Origin: Octopus sinensis
Taxonomy: Eukaryota
Direction: 5' to 3'
Length of the DNA: 64,000 bases
Assembly (NCBI RefSeq): GCF_006345805.1
Contig: NC_043003.1
Location: forward strand, 38,936,001-39,000,000
Position 1 is the first letter of the stretch; every line of letters begins with the position of its first letter. Below the pieces are notes generated by a model, which was given only the letters and a program-made list of their open reading frames with translations, made no database searches and had not been told where the DNA came from. Shown one piece after another: positions 35,976 to 48,947 of the stretch. Made by a program: the position numbers and the translations under genes.

Positions 35976-36045
35976 TATATGTTTGTGTGCCTGTGTTTGT
36001 CTCCCACCATCGCTTGATAAACGATGTTGGTGTGTTTATACACAT
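35820..36045 (+). mobile_element. SINE family A, partial
   Basis: ACCAACCACATGGTTCCGGGTTCAGTCCCACTG...CATCGCTTGATAAACGATGTTGGTG. Confidence 0.8.
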
Positions 36046-36339
36046 ATGCATTCACAGAAGTCAGTGTATGTGAGTGTATATGAGTACATGAAGATATATT
36101 ATATATGCGCGTATACACGCGCGCGCGCACACACACACACACATAATACGCATACTTACACACTTAAACACTAGTAGTAAATTTGCATAAGTGACTCAAG
36201 GGTCTAAAATTTCGTATATGATACTTATTAAACTTTAGTAAGTTTGACAAGTGCCATACACTAAAATCTGCTTTATCAATTACTTACGTAGCTTTACAGA
36301 AAATAACAAATACATACATATCCGTATCTATGTCTGTTT

Positions 36340-36442
<103 letters not shown>

Positions 36443-36533
36443 CTTCATTCTGTGTGTATATATATATATATATGTATGCATGCGAGTGTACATACATATG
36501 TATGTGTATATATATGCATGTGTGTGTATGTAC

Positions 36534-36565
<32 letters not shown>

Positions 36566-36629
36566 TTATACATCTATACACTCTACAAATTGAACAGGTT
36601 CCGTTGCTAATGGTTAGAATATGGTCATG

Positions 36630-37585
36630 TCACTAAGTTTGTTACATAGAAGTAATCATCCCTTGCAGCATTTCTAGTTGAAGAACTTTTGGAAATTATC
36701 CGTAGTTCACGATCTGAAGTCCTCTAGAAGATCCTTCTCTTGTTATTCTTATCAGCGCTGTGAATTGCTTCCAGTCATCACCGCTTTTACACTCCACTAA
36801 CCCTCAGTAAAATGTGAGATTTGACATTCAACAGATCCGTTTATCCAGCTGTTAGAGTTCTGGGAGCTCTAGGCGGCATTCCTGGTGCCAAACGCCGAAA
36901 CTCAAGTTTGTGCTTAAACCGGAATGCATCTCAGTAAAAGAGACGAATTGTTAAAAGACACACCGGACGAACTGAAAACATACTCATCGTCGTGCGGGGA
37001 TCTCTGTCGACGCTGCAGTTTCAGTGTATGGCCGTGCGTTATCAGTGACTGCATCTTGAGACTTCTCTAAAATGGTTGTAGGTAAAAAATGTTCTTTTGG
37101 ACTAACTGATTCTGTCTCTTCCACAAGAATCAAAAGAGCATATGGTCCAGTCTGGTCAGATATTTCCTACGGCACGACACAAGAGTCAGCAGTGATACTC
37201 TACAAGTTCAATGTAGGCGTTGGCCACTCCTATTCAACTCATTGGGAACAGCTTCTTGTCAGTACGTTTCTGTTCTCAACATCTTCTTAGTTCTTTTTTT
37301 TTTCATCTGGAGCTCCAGACCGAACAACATCCTGAATATCTTAACTTGATCTACTCCAGATGCTGAGTTTCAAGCCCAGCTTCTTGTCCTGGTTAATGCA
37401 TTTACTCCTTACCTCTTGGTACTCCCTTCTTCATCATGCCAACCACTTCGATTTCAGAAGTATCAGACATAATGATGGTGCGTATTCCGTATTTGCATCA
37501 TGCATAACTAAACTGTATCTCAGTACGAGTGGGAGACCCTTCAACGTCTCAACTTCTGCAACAACGGGTTTAACGCCAAAACATA
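36630..37585 (-). mobile_element. Old Tx1/L1-clade LINE ORF2 fragment
   Basis: LYVLALNPLLQKL; TIIMSDTSEIEVVG; EYQEV..INQDK.LGLKLSIW; VANAYI; GVWHQECR; shares GAGGGTTAGTGGAG with ~56205; aligns with the younger copy at 55472. Confidence 0.65.
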
Positions 37586-38138
37586 TAGAAATCTGAGGAA
37601 GAGGAAATAGTCGATTATATCGCCCCCTGGTACTTTATTTTATTGAGTCCATAGACGTGAAAGGCAAAGTTGATTTCGACATGATTCGAACTTGGCGGGA
37701 TTATGAAACAACTTTCACTACCTCATGAGGAAGGAAAAAGGCGGGGAATTATGTGAATCTTTTTTCCCTTAATTTTTCTTTTTACTATTCTGTACTCGAA
37801 GCAACTGCAGCTACTATTTTGAGCTACTACGATTTTGAACGGATCTTTTTTTTGAAAATTTCAAAACTTTATGTTTCGTATCCCGCATCCAAAATCCGTG
37901 TTCGTTTACATCTTCGTGAGGTAGTGATAAAATTTCCAAAATTCTTCTTTGAACTCGATGATATACACTGCCTAATTCAGCAGAAGATTGGCCATAACGG
38001 GGTTGTGCACTTGATGTCACTAATTAAGTTTTCAAAAATCAAACAGAAGGCAACAGACCGAAACACATTTTAATTAAAAATATGATTAAATTATTGTTAA
38101 TTAGTTAAGCTATTACTAAGCGATAAACACATCACCAT

Positions 38139-38179
<41 letters not shown>

Positions 38180-38435
38180 CTCTCTCTTTTTCTCTCTTTA
38201 TCTCTGTCACACACGCACGCGCGTTCGCTGACACACACCGATATAGACATTCACTGATTAGATATTCTTGTAGATAAGGAAAAGAATATTTGTAATTAGT
38301 AATCAAAGTTGGGTTGCTGATTTGGTTCACTGAGCCGGAACTATAAGCAAATAAGCATCTCTTTCTTACAACTACTTATATATCGCAATTTATACATTGA
38401 GTCTAATCAGTCTCATGAAAGTATACAAGTTCAAT

Positions 38436-38439
<4 letters not shown>

Positions 38440-38493
<54 letters not shown>

Positions 38494-38622
38494 GAGAAGG
38501 AAAGGGATAGAGGGAAAGAGAGAAGGAAAGGGGATATGTTATGAAAGGTAGGTATGCGTATGTATATATATGTTTGTATACATATGCATACACACACATA
38601 CATATATTTATATATATGGCTG

Positions 38623-38709
<87 letters not shown>

Positions 38710-38743
38710 GCCTGTCTGTCTGCCTGCCTGTCTGCCTGCTGCC

Positions 38744-38785
<42 letters not shown>

Positions 38786-39173
38786 CACATGTATGTATAG
38801 ATTGTTTGAAGTGCTGTACAGATTTTATGATAAAAAAAATAGGAGGTAGTCAGAATTTTGGATAATTCTTTATTAGCGCTTTCGTCGCATTAATCGAGAC
38901 TCCTCACATATAAGTTTTACAGAAATTTCCTTGCCGATATATATATATATATATGCATATGTATATGTATATATTTATATGCATATGTATATGTATATAT
39001 ATAATATATGTATATGTATATGTATATATATGTATATATGTATATATATGTATATATATGTATATATGTATATATATGTATATATATATGTATATATGTA
39101 TATATATGTATATATGTATATATATGTATATATGTATATGTATGTATATACATATATATATGTATATTATATA

Positions 39174-39233
<60 letters not shown>

Positions 39234-39386
39234 TGTATATATTATATATTTTATATATTTATATATATATATATTTATATGGTATATGTTATATATATGT
39301 ATATATGTATATATATGTATATAATGTATATATATATATATGTATATATATATCTATATATATATATGTATGTATATTATATATTA

Positions 39387-39427
<41 letters not shown>

Positions 39428-39440
39428 CATACATATATGT
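38440..39440. repeat. (GA)n, (TATC)n, (TGTC)n, then (TATATG)n/(TA)n tract
   Basis: Directly visible. Confidence 0.9.
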
Positions 39441-39610
39441 ACGTATTTACAAATTTTCTTTGGTGCGGCTTCATTACGGTACATGCAATTCAATCCAACA
39501 TTCAATATATAAAAAAGAGTTCTTGCCTCTGATACATCATCATTTCTTTGCATGTTTAGAACGATTTCATCTGTCAAGTTCACACACACATACACACAAC
39601 ACCACAACAG

Positions 39611-39642
<32 letters not shown>

Positions 39643-39812
39643 ACACACACACCACACACACACACACACACCGTGCATACAGATATATATATATATTTAT
39701 ATCGTTTACTTTCCCGTTCACGTAAGTTCAACAAAAAAAGTATTCCATCTAACGAGAGGTAAATATTATTTAACATATACAGTACATAATGATGAGCTAC
39801 CAGTAGTTTTAT

Positions 39813-39935
39813 TACACGTTGATCTTATCTGGCAGGCTTTAAAACACGCCTAGTGTCTCCATCTAAGAGCTTGAAGATTACTTGGAGACATTAGGCATGT
39901 TTCAAAACACCTGCCTAGATAAGATCTTCGGTGTA
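39813..39935. repeat. Short imperfect inverted repeat (hairpin / mini-MITE)
   Basis: 39821-39861 pairs with 39883-39926, plus TACAC/GTGTA outside. Confidence 0.75.
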
Positions 39936-40314
39936 TAAAACCTTTAGTAACTCACAACTATATACTGTTTATACACCACACACACACACACACACCACAC
40001 ACACACTCATCAATTCAGCAAGTGAGAGGTGATAAAGTTTATTTATACAAGTTTACATCCATAAATAAACCTATCTTCCCACTAAATGGTTTATGCAGTC
40101 CTCATTGAAGGGTGTATGAATTTATCGCTCGGATTTTCTGCATTTTCAGTTACACGGACACATTAGATTACACTATACTATACTACACCGTATTTGATTA
40201 CTACATTGACTGATAACCGATTCCGCATAAGGAACTTATTGTGGTAACTGCACGATTCTCGGAATCTATATTTATACAACTCTTATGTGTATGTGTGTGT
40301 GTGTGTGTGTGTGT

Positions 40315-40460
40315 GTATAGTTCAGATTTACAGAAAACAAAAGATGAAGGCAGTTGTCAGGGCAACAAGCAGGTGTATTAGTTTAACACTCGAGAAGAAA
40401 TGGAAGTGTTTTCGACGTTTCGAGCCTACGCTCTTCGACGGAAAGGATTAAGACGAAAAA
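40315..40460 (-). mobile_element. Penelope-like terminal fragment (family P2) with hammerhead-like motif at 40410-40444
   Basis: TTT-CCGTCGA-A-GAGCGTAGGCTC-GAAA-CGTC-GAAA on the - strand; homologous to 13105-13230. Confidence 0.55.
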
Positions 40461-40499
40461 AAAAAAGAAAAAACGGAGACATGATGATATGATATGATA

Positions 40500-40539
<40 letters not shown>

Positions 40540-40545
<6 letters not shown>

Positions 40546-40754
40546 TGTGTGGTGTGTGAGTGTGTGTGTGTATGTTTGTGTCTGTGTTTGCTCCCCCGAC
40601 ATCGCTTGACAACTGATGGTGGTGTGTTTACGTCCCCGTAACTTAGCGGTTCGGCAAAAGAGTCCGATAGAGTAAGTACTAGGCTTACAAAGAATAAGTC
40701 CTGGGGTCGATTTGCTCGACAAAAGGCGGTGCTTCAGGAGCTGACAGAAATGGC

Positions 40755-40823
<69 letters not shown>

Positions 40824-41263
40824 ATTTCTGTAGCAATTAGTGAAAGCAAGGTGCATGCTACCACTTGCTTGCAATTATTGATTTGCATAATGGAATATCA
40901 ATCTCGAGATTCTTTTTTTGATTCTGGAAATTATCTACCCATCTCAAAATGCCAACATTTGGTCTAATCTCTCTGGAATTGGATATGATTTTAATAAATC
41001 ATAAGTTTATCTTGTATGTTATTTAATACATCCTGATTTGTGTTTTTTTAATTAAATACATATCACTGGTCACTGTGAGGTTTTTCGCCTAGCTTATTTT
41101 CGTGGCTGTATGGTAAGAAGTTTGTTTCCCAACTATATTGTTCCGAGTTCAATCTCACTGCGTGGCAGCTTGGGCAGGTGTCTTCTACTACAGCTTCGAG
41201 CCGACTACAACCTTGTGAATGGATTTAGTAAATGGAAACTGTAAAAAGCCCGTCGTATATATG

Positions 41264-41297
<34 letters not shown>

Positions 41298-41350
41298 ATA
41301 TATATATAGATGTGTGTGTGTGTGTGTACGTTTGGTGTATATGTTTGCCA
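40540..41350 (+). mobile_element. SINE-A 3' half (40540-40735) and separate SINE-A 5' half (41100-41350)
   Basis: Match to the respective halves of 32677-33095. Confidence 0.8.
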
Positions 41351-41439
41351 CGGTGAGTAGGAAATAATGTCGCTAAGTATTATGTCCGGCGCGGTAAAGA
41401 TTCTGCCACCTTGAAGCCTTTAAACTTCTTAATATTAAA

Positions 41440-41680
41440 ATGTGCTGAACATTGATTTCAAAGTTTGGCACAAGGACACCAGTTTTGAGAGAGGAAGCAA
41501 ATTGATTACATTGACCCCCACCTCCCCATTACTCATGGGGTACTTTTTTTTACTCGACCTCGAAAGGATGAACGTCAGAGCCGACCTCGGCGGAATTTGA
41601 ACTCAGTACATGAAGACGGGCGACATGCCGCTAAGCATTTAGCCTGGTATGCTAACGTTTCTGCCAGCTTGTCACCAATA
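41440..41680 (-). mobile_element. SINE family B, short-tail type
   Basis: GACCTCGGCGGAATTTGAACTCAG..GCTAACGTTTCTGCCAGCT. Confidence 0.85.
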
Positions 41681-42119
41681 AACTCCTTAATATTAAAAAG
41701 TGATGAATATTAAAATACATATGCATGTTTGTCCTAAATATTAGACGTCTTCCACATAACGATAAAAGGTCTATAGCACGAAATGTCGCATCTTTTCAGC
41801 TGTTCACAGCTATCACATATTTTTACACTAACACTCTTCTACTTGGATTACTTGTTGCCAGGACATACTGTCTTCTGGGTTTCTATAGGTTGCAAAACTG
41901 GCAGAGTTTTTAGAATGTCGAACAGAAAACCTTGCAATACTTATTCCATTTCTCAGCGCCCTGTGTTCAAATTCACCCCTCCTCCAAATTAACATTGCGT
42001 TTCATATATAAAGTAGTCAAGTATTGAAACTGATTATTATCTTACTATCTGATCCCTCCCAATCTCTTTCTCTGTCTCTGCCTATCTCGCCCTCCCTCTG
42101 TCGGAATCGGCTACTTTAC

Positions 42120-42207
42120 CTTGAGAAGGTATCGTGGTGGATAACTCTCAACGTCTCTTTTTCTTCCTGGAATTGGAGAAAGATTCAGAGATGGATTGCA
42201 ACCATTT
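42120..42207 (-). CDS. Candidate 88-nt internal exon, one clearly extended open frame: (xxA) NGCNPSLNLSPIPGRKRDVESYPPRYLLK
   Basis: Acceptor gtgattttttttcag, donor AAG|gtaaag; unique sequence; no partner exon identified. Confidence 0.45.
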
Positions 42208-42865
42208 CTGAAAAAAAAATCACATATGCGACACCGGGTCTTTTTAATGGTATTATGACCCACCCACTGGGCAAAGCAATGCATTAGGGATTTAATGTTG
42301 GATTATTGGGGATCACTAATCCGTGTGTCTCCGGGCAACTATCCAGTATGTACATGTTTTAAGGTAACAATAATGTTGTTCAAGCCGTTTAAGCGCATAT
42401 CAATGTGCAATACCGTACGAAACGGAAATAAAGAAGAAAAATAAGAATCAATTATCTATTGTATTATAATAGAAGAGTTTATAGTTCCGTCTGAATGAGC
42501 GAAAGAGACAGACATAAAAATAATGAGTGACTTTGAGACAGAAAAAGAGATAGAGACGGAAACAGCCCCCACTTAGAATCATAACAAATGCACCTTTGTA
42601 GTGTCTTGTTTCTATCTCAACAACTTATTAGTTTTCCAAAACAATGCTCCAGTCAAAAGGACTCTTTTTAATACATATTTATTCTTACAAGACATATGAC
42701 CAGTTTTAGCAGGGAGAGAGGGTGAGTAGAGGTAGAGTCAATTCAAGCGACTCTCTCTCCATTTCATTTGTAATGCATTTTTGTACGGCGGGCGTAATAG
42801 TCTTTGGACTATTGATGCTTTCTGTAGAATTCACATTGTCACTTACATTTGAACCAGATCTCAGC

Positions 42866-42896
<31 letters not shown>

Positions 42897-43329
42897 TGTA
42901 TGTATGTATGAATGTATGTATGTATGTATGTATGTATGTATGTATGTATGTATGTCTTCTATTTTTTTAATGATTATAAATCTTCTACTCAGGAGGGAGC
43001 CGGTTTCCAACATGTATGTATGTGTGTGTGTTCCTTTCTGTTTTTAATTATATGAATTTTTCTAACAAAGACGCAAATCTCCATAGTTGGAATATAGATA
43101 ACTAGCACAATGTCACATTTTGTACTTGAATAAGTCTTGCATATTTTAACTCTTCTGCTGACAGATTGTATTCGTAATGAGCGCGTTACCTGGTTGTTTT
43201 GTTTAATCCTAACCTTTTTGGATTGTTATTTAGGCCTTTACTAACATAACCAAATGCACGGGTATAGAAACTGAAGGTTGCGAAGCAACTGTCCATGGTT
43301 ATCCTTTTTCTCTTTGATTCTCGAAGAGA

Positions 43330-44730
43330 TATTCACATCAACATAGCAGCTAACCGCTATGACGGTACATATTTTTTCTTGTATATCCCAAAAAATTGCA
43401 TCCAACCTGTTTTGTTTGCATTTGGTAGGAGTTTTGATTGGAATGTTCCATAATATTCCTTGTATTGATGTTTATGTATGAATCCAATAACAGAGGATTC
43501 TTTATATTTATTACAAGAACAGTACATTTCTCTGCTGGCAATGTATATTGTTTTCGCAACAGCTTCGTGTCGAATAAGAAGATGGAGGTAGTACCTTGAT
43601 GACATTTTTGGGCAGTTGCTGGTCACATGTATAGTGTCTTCCAGAAATACATTTTCGGCTACATCTTGAGGCTCCAGGGGTTTCACTGTCTCTTTGTTTC
43701 ATTAGGTACTTTGTAGCAATCTCCTGGTTTTCATAACCTTCGAAATGTGATAGAGCGGTAGCGAATTCAAGAAATCCTGCACTTTATGTGGATATTAGTG
43801 TCATCTTCAAGTTCGTCAAGGAAACACACCCATGCAGAGTATTTCTGTTTTTGGTCTGCTGAGCGTTTCACATCCATGTCCTCTTTCAGGTATTTTATTC
43901 CTGCTGTTTTTGGGTTGTATGGAAAGTTACAAGAAAGTATTTCTCGAGGAGCTCACTGCAGACTCGCTGGATGTTGTTCTCTTCACTTTTCGGAATCAGG
44001 TTTATATATTTACTTATGCTGCTGTTGTTTAGTAGGAGCAGTCTCAGAGATTCTATATGGCATTCGAAAACCGCATTGATTTCAAGCCCGTATCTATAAC
44101 GTTTTTTTTTATTCTTTGACAGAACCTGTCAATATCATTGTCTCAGAGGAAGTTGATGTCCGGATCTAACGAATTTTAATGTCTATGAAGTGGATTCCCT
44201 CTGCAGATCAGTTCAGTGTTTTAAATGCATTGGTACTGAAAATGCATTGAGGGAGATTATTTTATAAGAGGAGAGCGCCTGCTGCCGTATTTTTTAAGTT
44301 TGGTCTAATATTCTCGAGTCACCCAATCTTTGTTTCCCTTTTCATCAATGCCTAGTTATTTGCAGCATTCTTTGTGTAAAACCGGAGAGAAAGATAGAAC
44401 GATATGTGCAGGTTTTGGATTTGGTGGCGGCTGATTTTCCACGTTCAACAGTCAAATATGAACACTACTGGACAAATCAGGTTCCTATGTTAATTGAAAA
44501 TGTCGGTATTAGCTCTAGGTTTTTTCCTGCTTGTTTTGACATTGTAAACATTTGATGCATAGATCTTCAAGTCATCCACAAAAACATTATGAGCTACATT
44601 GGTATCTCTAGCAGTTGCAAACTCTAGAATATAGCCACTGGATTTTGTAAAAGAAATGATAACGGTCTCAATGACAAAACAAACAGAATTACAGAAAGTC
44701 TATTTCCTTGGAATATTCCTTTTGAAATAT
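43330..44730 (-). mobile_element. Decayed Dong/R4-clade LINE ORF: RT core to Zn-knuckle
   Basis: GIFQGNRLSVILFVLSLRPLSFLL and HNVFVDDLKIYA (RT, 44720-44550); FEGYENQEIATKYL; EDTIHVTSNCPKMSSRYYL..RHEAVAKTIY (CCHC/RH region). Confidence 0.85.
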
Positions 44731-45339
44731 TTAAATACTTATAAGGTCGGAGACGATCGTTCCTCTCTCAGCTGTAAGTGTCCGGGGCTTTGTGAGTCCC
44801 TCAATGGCAGTCGCTAAGGTAGCAGGTACTTTTGCCAAGTGGGAAATAATGTAGACTCCTTTCCTATAATCAAGTCATACTGTCACAATGTTTCTGCAGC
44901 GTTTTCTTACTTTGGACAGTACAATTTTGATTATCAAAAGCAGATAAGGACACCTCACATTCCCTTATTTCTATATCATTGGACTAACAATGATTTAGAA
45001 TGTATTTATGATATTATTCGCTTTTATTTCTAGATTACTTGCCAATAGAGAAAGAGTCAGTTTCTAACCTAGATCCAAGGTTCGTTCATTGGAATTTTAA
45101 CAAACATCAACAACGTATTTGTGCATGCTTGTGTGTACATATGCAATAACTGAAATCTGCATGTGGAGATTTCTATATTTTCTTTTATGTCTGTATTTTC
45201 ATGCATATAGTTGCATGTGAAGACGTATGCATATATACTTAAATGCAAAACTTTTGAAAGTTTTACAAATTTTGGCAATTCCATCGATGGCTTACATTTG
45301 TAATCATCTAATTAGCTTTCTCCTTTCTGATTTTGAAAA

Positions 45340-45885
45340 GATTGGTGATTAGGCAGTTTGTTATACATCCTAGTTCCCCAATGAATACAGGTGTAAATCG
45401 TTCTTGATAGTTCACAGCAGGTGCTTTCTTCTTCTCTGATCTTCACTTTATATTGACATCCGCTGGTTTCCACTACTGAACATAGTTTTCCTTCTGAGCC
45501 CCAAATCGCTATGTCTGGTTCGTAATTTATTGAGGTTACACTGTGACATTCTGCCAGTACTCTTTCATATTATGAGTGGCTATGGCATCTACCTTAACTT
45601 TTTGGTGCTTATCTTTTAGGGGCTTATATCTTCTTGGCCTCAGTATTACCCTTTCCACGGATCTCATTGTAAAGTGTCTTGGCTACATCATGTCTCATCG
45701 GTAGATAATGTGATGACATTTTTTGGTCAGTTGCTTATGATGTAGGTGATATCTTTGGTATTAACTTCACAAAGTCTGCATCGGTTATCACAGTATGGTG
45801 TTTTTTCTGCGTCTCTGTCCCTTTTGTGCATCGAGAATTTGGTTGCTATCTCCTGTTCTTGGATTGCATATACATACTCTTAAAA
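45340..45885 (-). mobile_element. Second Dong/R4-clade fragment: Zn-knuckle and REL endonuclease
   Basis: YAIQEQEIATKF; DNRCRLCEVN; LPMRHDVAKTLYN; PDIAIW..LCSVVE; FTPVFIGELG. Confidence 0.85.
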
Positions 45886-45974
45886 GTGAGTTAGTGATCA
45901 GGTTGTTGTACTACGATAGAATGCTTTGACTATCAATGTTATTCTCATCCGGAATCTTTCTGCTAACATATCCA

Positions 45975-45981
45975 TGCATAC

Positions 45982-46012
<31 letters not shown>

Positions 46013-46195
46013 TGTATGTATGTATGTATGTATGTATGTATGTATGTATGCATGTATGCATGTATGTATTTATGTATGTATGTATGTATGTATGTATGTG
46101 TGTGTGTATGTATGTATGTATGTATGTATGTATGCATGTATGTATGTATGTATGCATGTATGTATGTATGTATGTATGTATGTATACACACACGT
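45975..46195. repeat. (TATG)n microsatellite
   Basis: Directly visible. Confidence 0.95.
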
Positions 46196-46784
46196 ATATG
46201 TAGAGGAAGGGTAATGTTTCTTAAGCTTGTATGCTGTTGGAAGAAGAGCTTCTCTAGTGTTTGATCCCTGCTCACCTCGGACTAGGTAGTTCTATTATCA
46301 AACCTATTCTAGCCACGGCCGTCCCGTCCTTCCCTTGCGCCTTGTAATATTTAGGATAGCAGTGTTCGATGCAATCCTCTTTTTCCACGAAAGCAGGACG
46401 TAATTCGTGGAAGATTTGGCTGCTATTTCTAGCAGGACGTTTCACGACAAAAAGAAACAAAAGACAAACAAACACTCAAACAGAAAACTTCCTCGTTGGA
46501 TCGTAATAACAGGTGTTGGATCGTAATAAAGTATTTTCAAACAATAAAAATGTCTGATTCTGACTTATGTGCCGATCAGTTATAAATATACCGCAGGGCA
46601 TCTCGGCCAACTTTCTAGCAGTCCCTCCAACTCACCACTGTAAACTGGAACTTTTTAAATGTTTTTTGTTTGTTTTTTACCATCTCTAAACAGAGGAAAT
46701 ACAAAGTTAATCACGGTAAGATTTGAACCGAGAAGAGAGACAGTCCAAACAAATAGTGCGAGGTATTTTACTCGGCGCTATAAA

Positions 46785-46945
46785 CTTCTTCTTCTTCTTC
46801 TTCTTCTTCTATCTTCTTCTTCTTCTTCTTCTTCTTCTTCTTCTTCTTCTTCTTCTTCTTCTTCTTCTCCTCTTCCTCCTTCTTCTTCTTCTTCTTCTCC
46901 TCCTCTTCCTCCTCCTTCTTCTTATTCTTATTCTCCTCCTCCCTT
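46785..46945. repeat. (TTC)n/(TCC)n microsatellite
   Basis: Directly visible. Confidence 0.95.
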
Positions 46946-47334
46946 CCTCACCTTTTCAAAAGCGCAATAGAAGACAATAAAAGATTCGGACAGATGGACG
47001 ATACGAAGGTGGAGAAATAAGTCTTGGGGTCGATTTGCTCTACAAAAGGCGGTGCCCCAGCATGGCCTCAGTCAATGACTGAAACAAGTAACAGAATAAA
47101 AGAATATATATATATATATAAACAGCTTGTAAGTCAGGCTCAAGAACGGCAATAAAAACGAAATCAAAAACAAAAGACTTCGAAATGTGAAAAAGCAAAT
47201 AAACAAAATCGAATAAATACAAAGTATTCCATATTGATGAAATGGTCAATGTGTAAGTAAACTTTTAATTGCGATTATCCTGCCACTAAAGGATTACAAC
47301 ATGCCGATGGTAATTATTTGTGGTACATAAAAGG

Positions 47335-47710
47335 CGGCGAGCTGGCAGAAACGTTAGCACGCCGGGCGAAATGCTTAGCTGTATTTCGTCTGAGTTCAAA
47401 TTCCGCCGAGGTCGACTTTGCCTTTCATCCTTTCGGGGTCGAGTACCAGTTACGCACTGGGCTCGATATAATCGACTTAATCCGTTTGTCTGTCCTTGTT
47501 TGTCCTCTCTGTGTTTAGCCCCTTGTGGGTAGTAAAGAAATAGGTATTTCGTCTGCCGCTACGTTCATAGTTCAAATTCCGCCTAGATCGACTTTACTTT
47601 TCGTCCTTTCGGGGTCGCTAAATTAAGTACCAGATGCGTACTGGGGTCGATGTAATCGACTGGTCTCTCTCCCAAGATTTCGGACCTTGTGCTTAGAGTA
47701 GAAAAGAATT
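47335..47710 (+). mobile_element. SINE family B dimer (long + short tail), small deletions in unit 1
   Basis: Junction AAAGAAATAGGTATTTCGTCTGCC at ~47535-47557. Confidence 0.85.
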
Positions 47711-47799
47711 ATTTGTGGTTTATGAAATTTTTTTTGAATCGTAGCTAGTGAGCGTGGAAAAACTGCATGACTGTGAAAAAGAAGGCGAGATATCTTTTT

Positions 47800-48170
47800 T
47801 ATCTTATACTTGTTTCAGTTATTGGACTGCGGCCATCCTCTGGCATGGCCTTCAAAGGTTTTAACTGAACAAATAAACGTTTGTACTTATGATTTTCTTT
47901 ATTGGCTTATATACACATTTTTAATCTGATACTTTTTCTATCGAGCTCCTTTGCCGAACAGCTATGTTACGGGGACGTAAACAAATCAAAACCAGTTGTT
48001 AAGCGGTGGTGGTGGGGGAGTGATGAACACAGACACAAAGACGCCCACACGCATATACATACAAACACACATTGGTTTATCTATCCATCTATCTATTTAT
48101 CTATCTGTCTGTCTGTCTGTCCATCTATCTATCTATCTGTCTATCCATCAATCCATATGTCTGTCTGTCC

Positions 48171-48231
<61 letters not shown>

Positions 48232-48450
48232 CCTGTCTGTCTGTCTGTCTGTCTGTCTGTCAGTCTATCTGTCTGTCTAACTATCTATGACGGGCATCCA
48301 CACAGTTTCCGACTAAAAAATATCAAACTCAAGTCATTAGTTGGTGCGGAGTTATAATAGAAGATCCTTGCTCAAAGTATCGCTCAATGCGACTGCATTT
48401 GAAACTTGCGTTATTGAAACGCGAATTTCTTAAGCACACAACCGTGCCTT
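47800..48450 (-). mobile_element. Diverged SINE A whose internal tract is (TATC)/(TGTC)
   Basis: CTTGTTTCAGTTATTGGACTGCGGCCAT 3' end; TTTGCCGAACAGCTATGTTACGGGGACGTAAAC; decayed head near 48290-48450. Confidence 0.7.
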
Positions 48451-48699
48451 GCTCCTATTAAGTTAAAAGAGTTTGAGAAGCATTGAGGTAAAAGGAATAC
48501 TGGGGAATCCTGACGTAGAGCTGATAAGACTTGGATTGTCAAAGCTTGATCTCAAGACGGAAGCCACAAAACAACAGCCATAGCAACTAGTAGATACAGC
48601 AGATTAAATCCACAGCGGTGATTCTCTTGACAGAACTGAATCTTCGCAGTCGTTTAAATCCGACTTCCCACTTATACTCATCACCGTCGCCGCCACCAG

Positions 48700-48757
48700 C
48701 ACCACCAGCAGCAGCACCACCACCACCACCACCATCACCACCACCACCACCACCACC

Positions 48758-48816
<59 letters not shown>

Positions 48817-48905
48817 AGTCGTCGTCGCCGCCGCCGCAAATACACCACCACCACCACCATCATCACCACCACCACCACCACCACCACACCACCCACCAAC
48901 ACCAC

Positions 48906-48947
<42 letters not shown>

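Noticed and set aside
46630-46680. - strand 50-nt exon candidate (MVKNKQKTFKKFQFTV)
   Set aside because: Low-complexity; phase incompatible with the open frame of the 42120-42207 candidate
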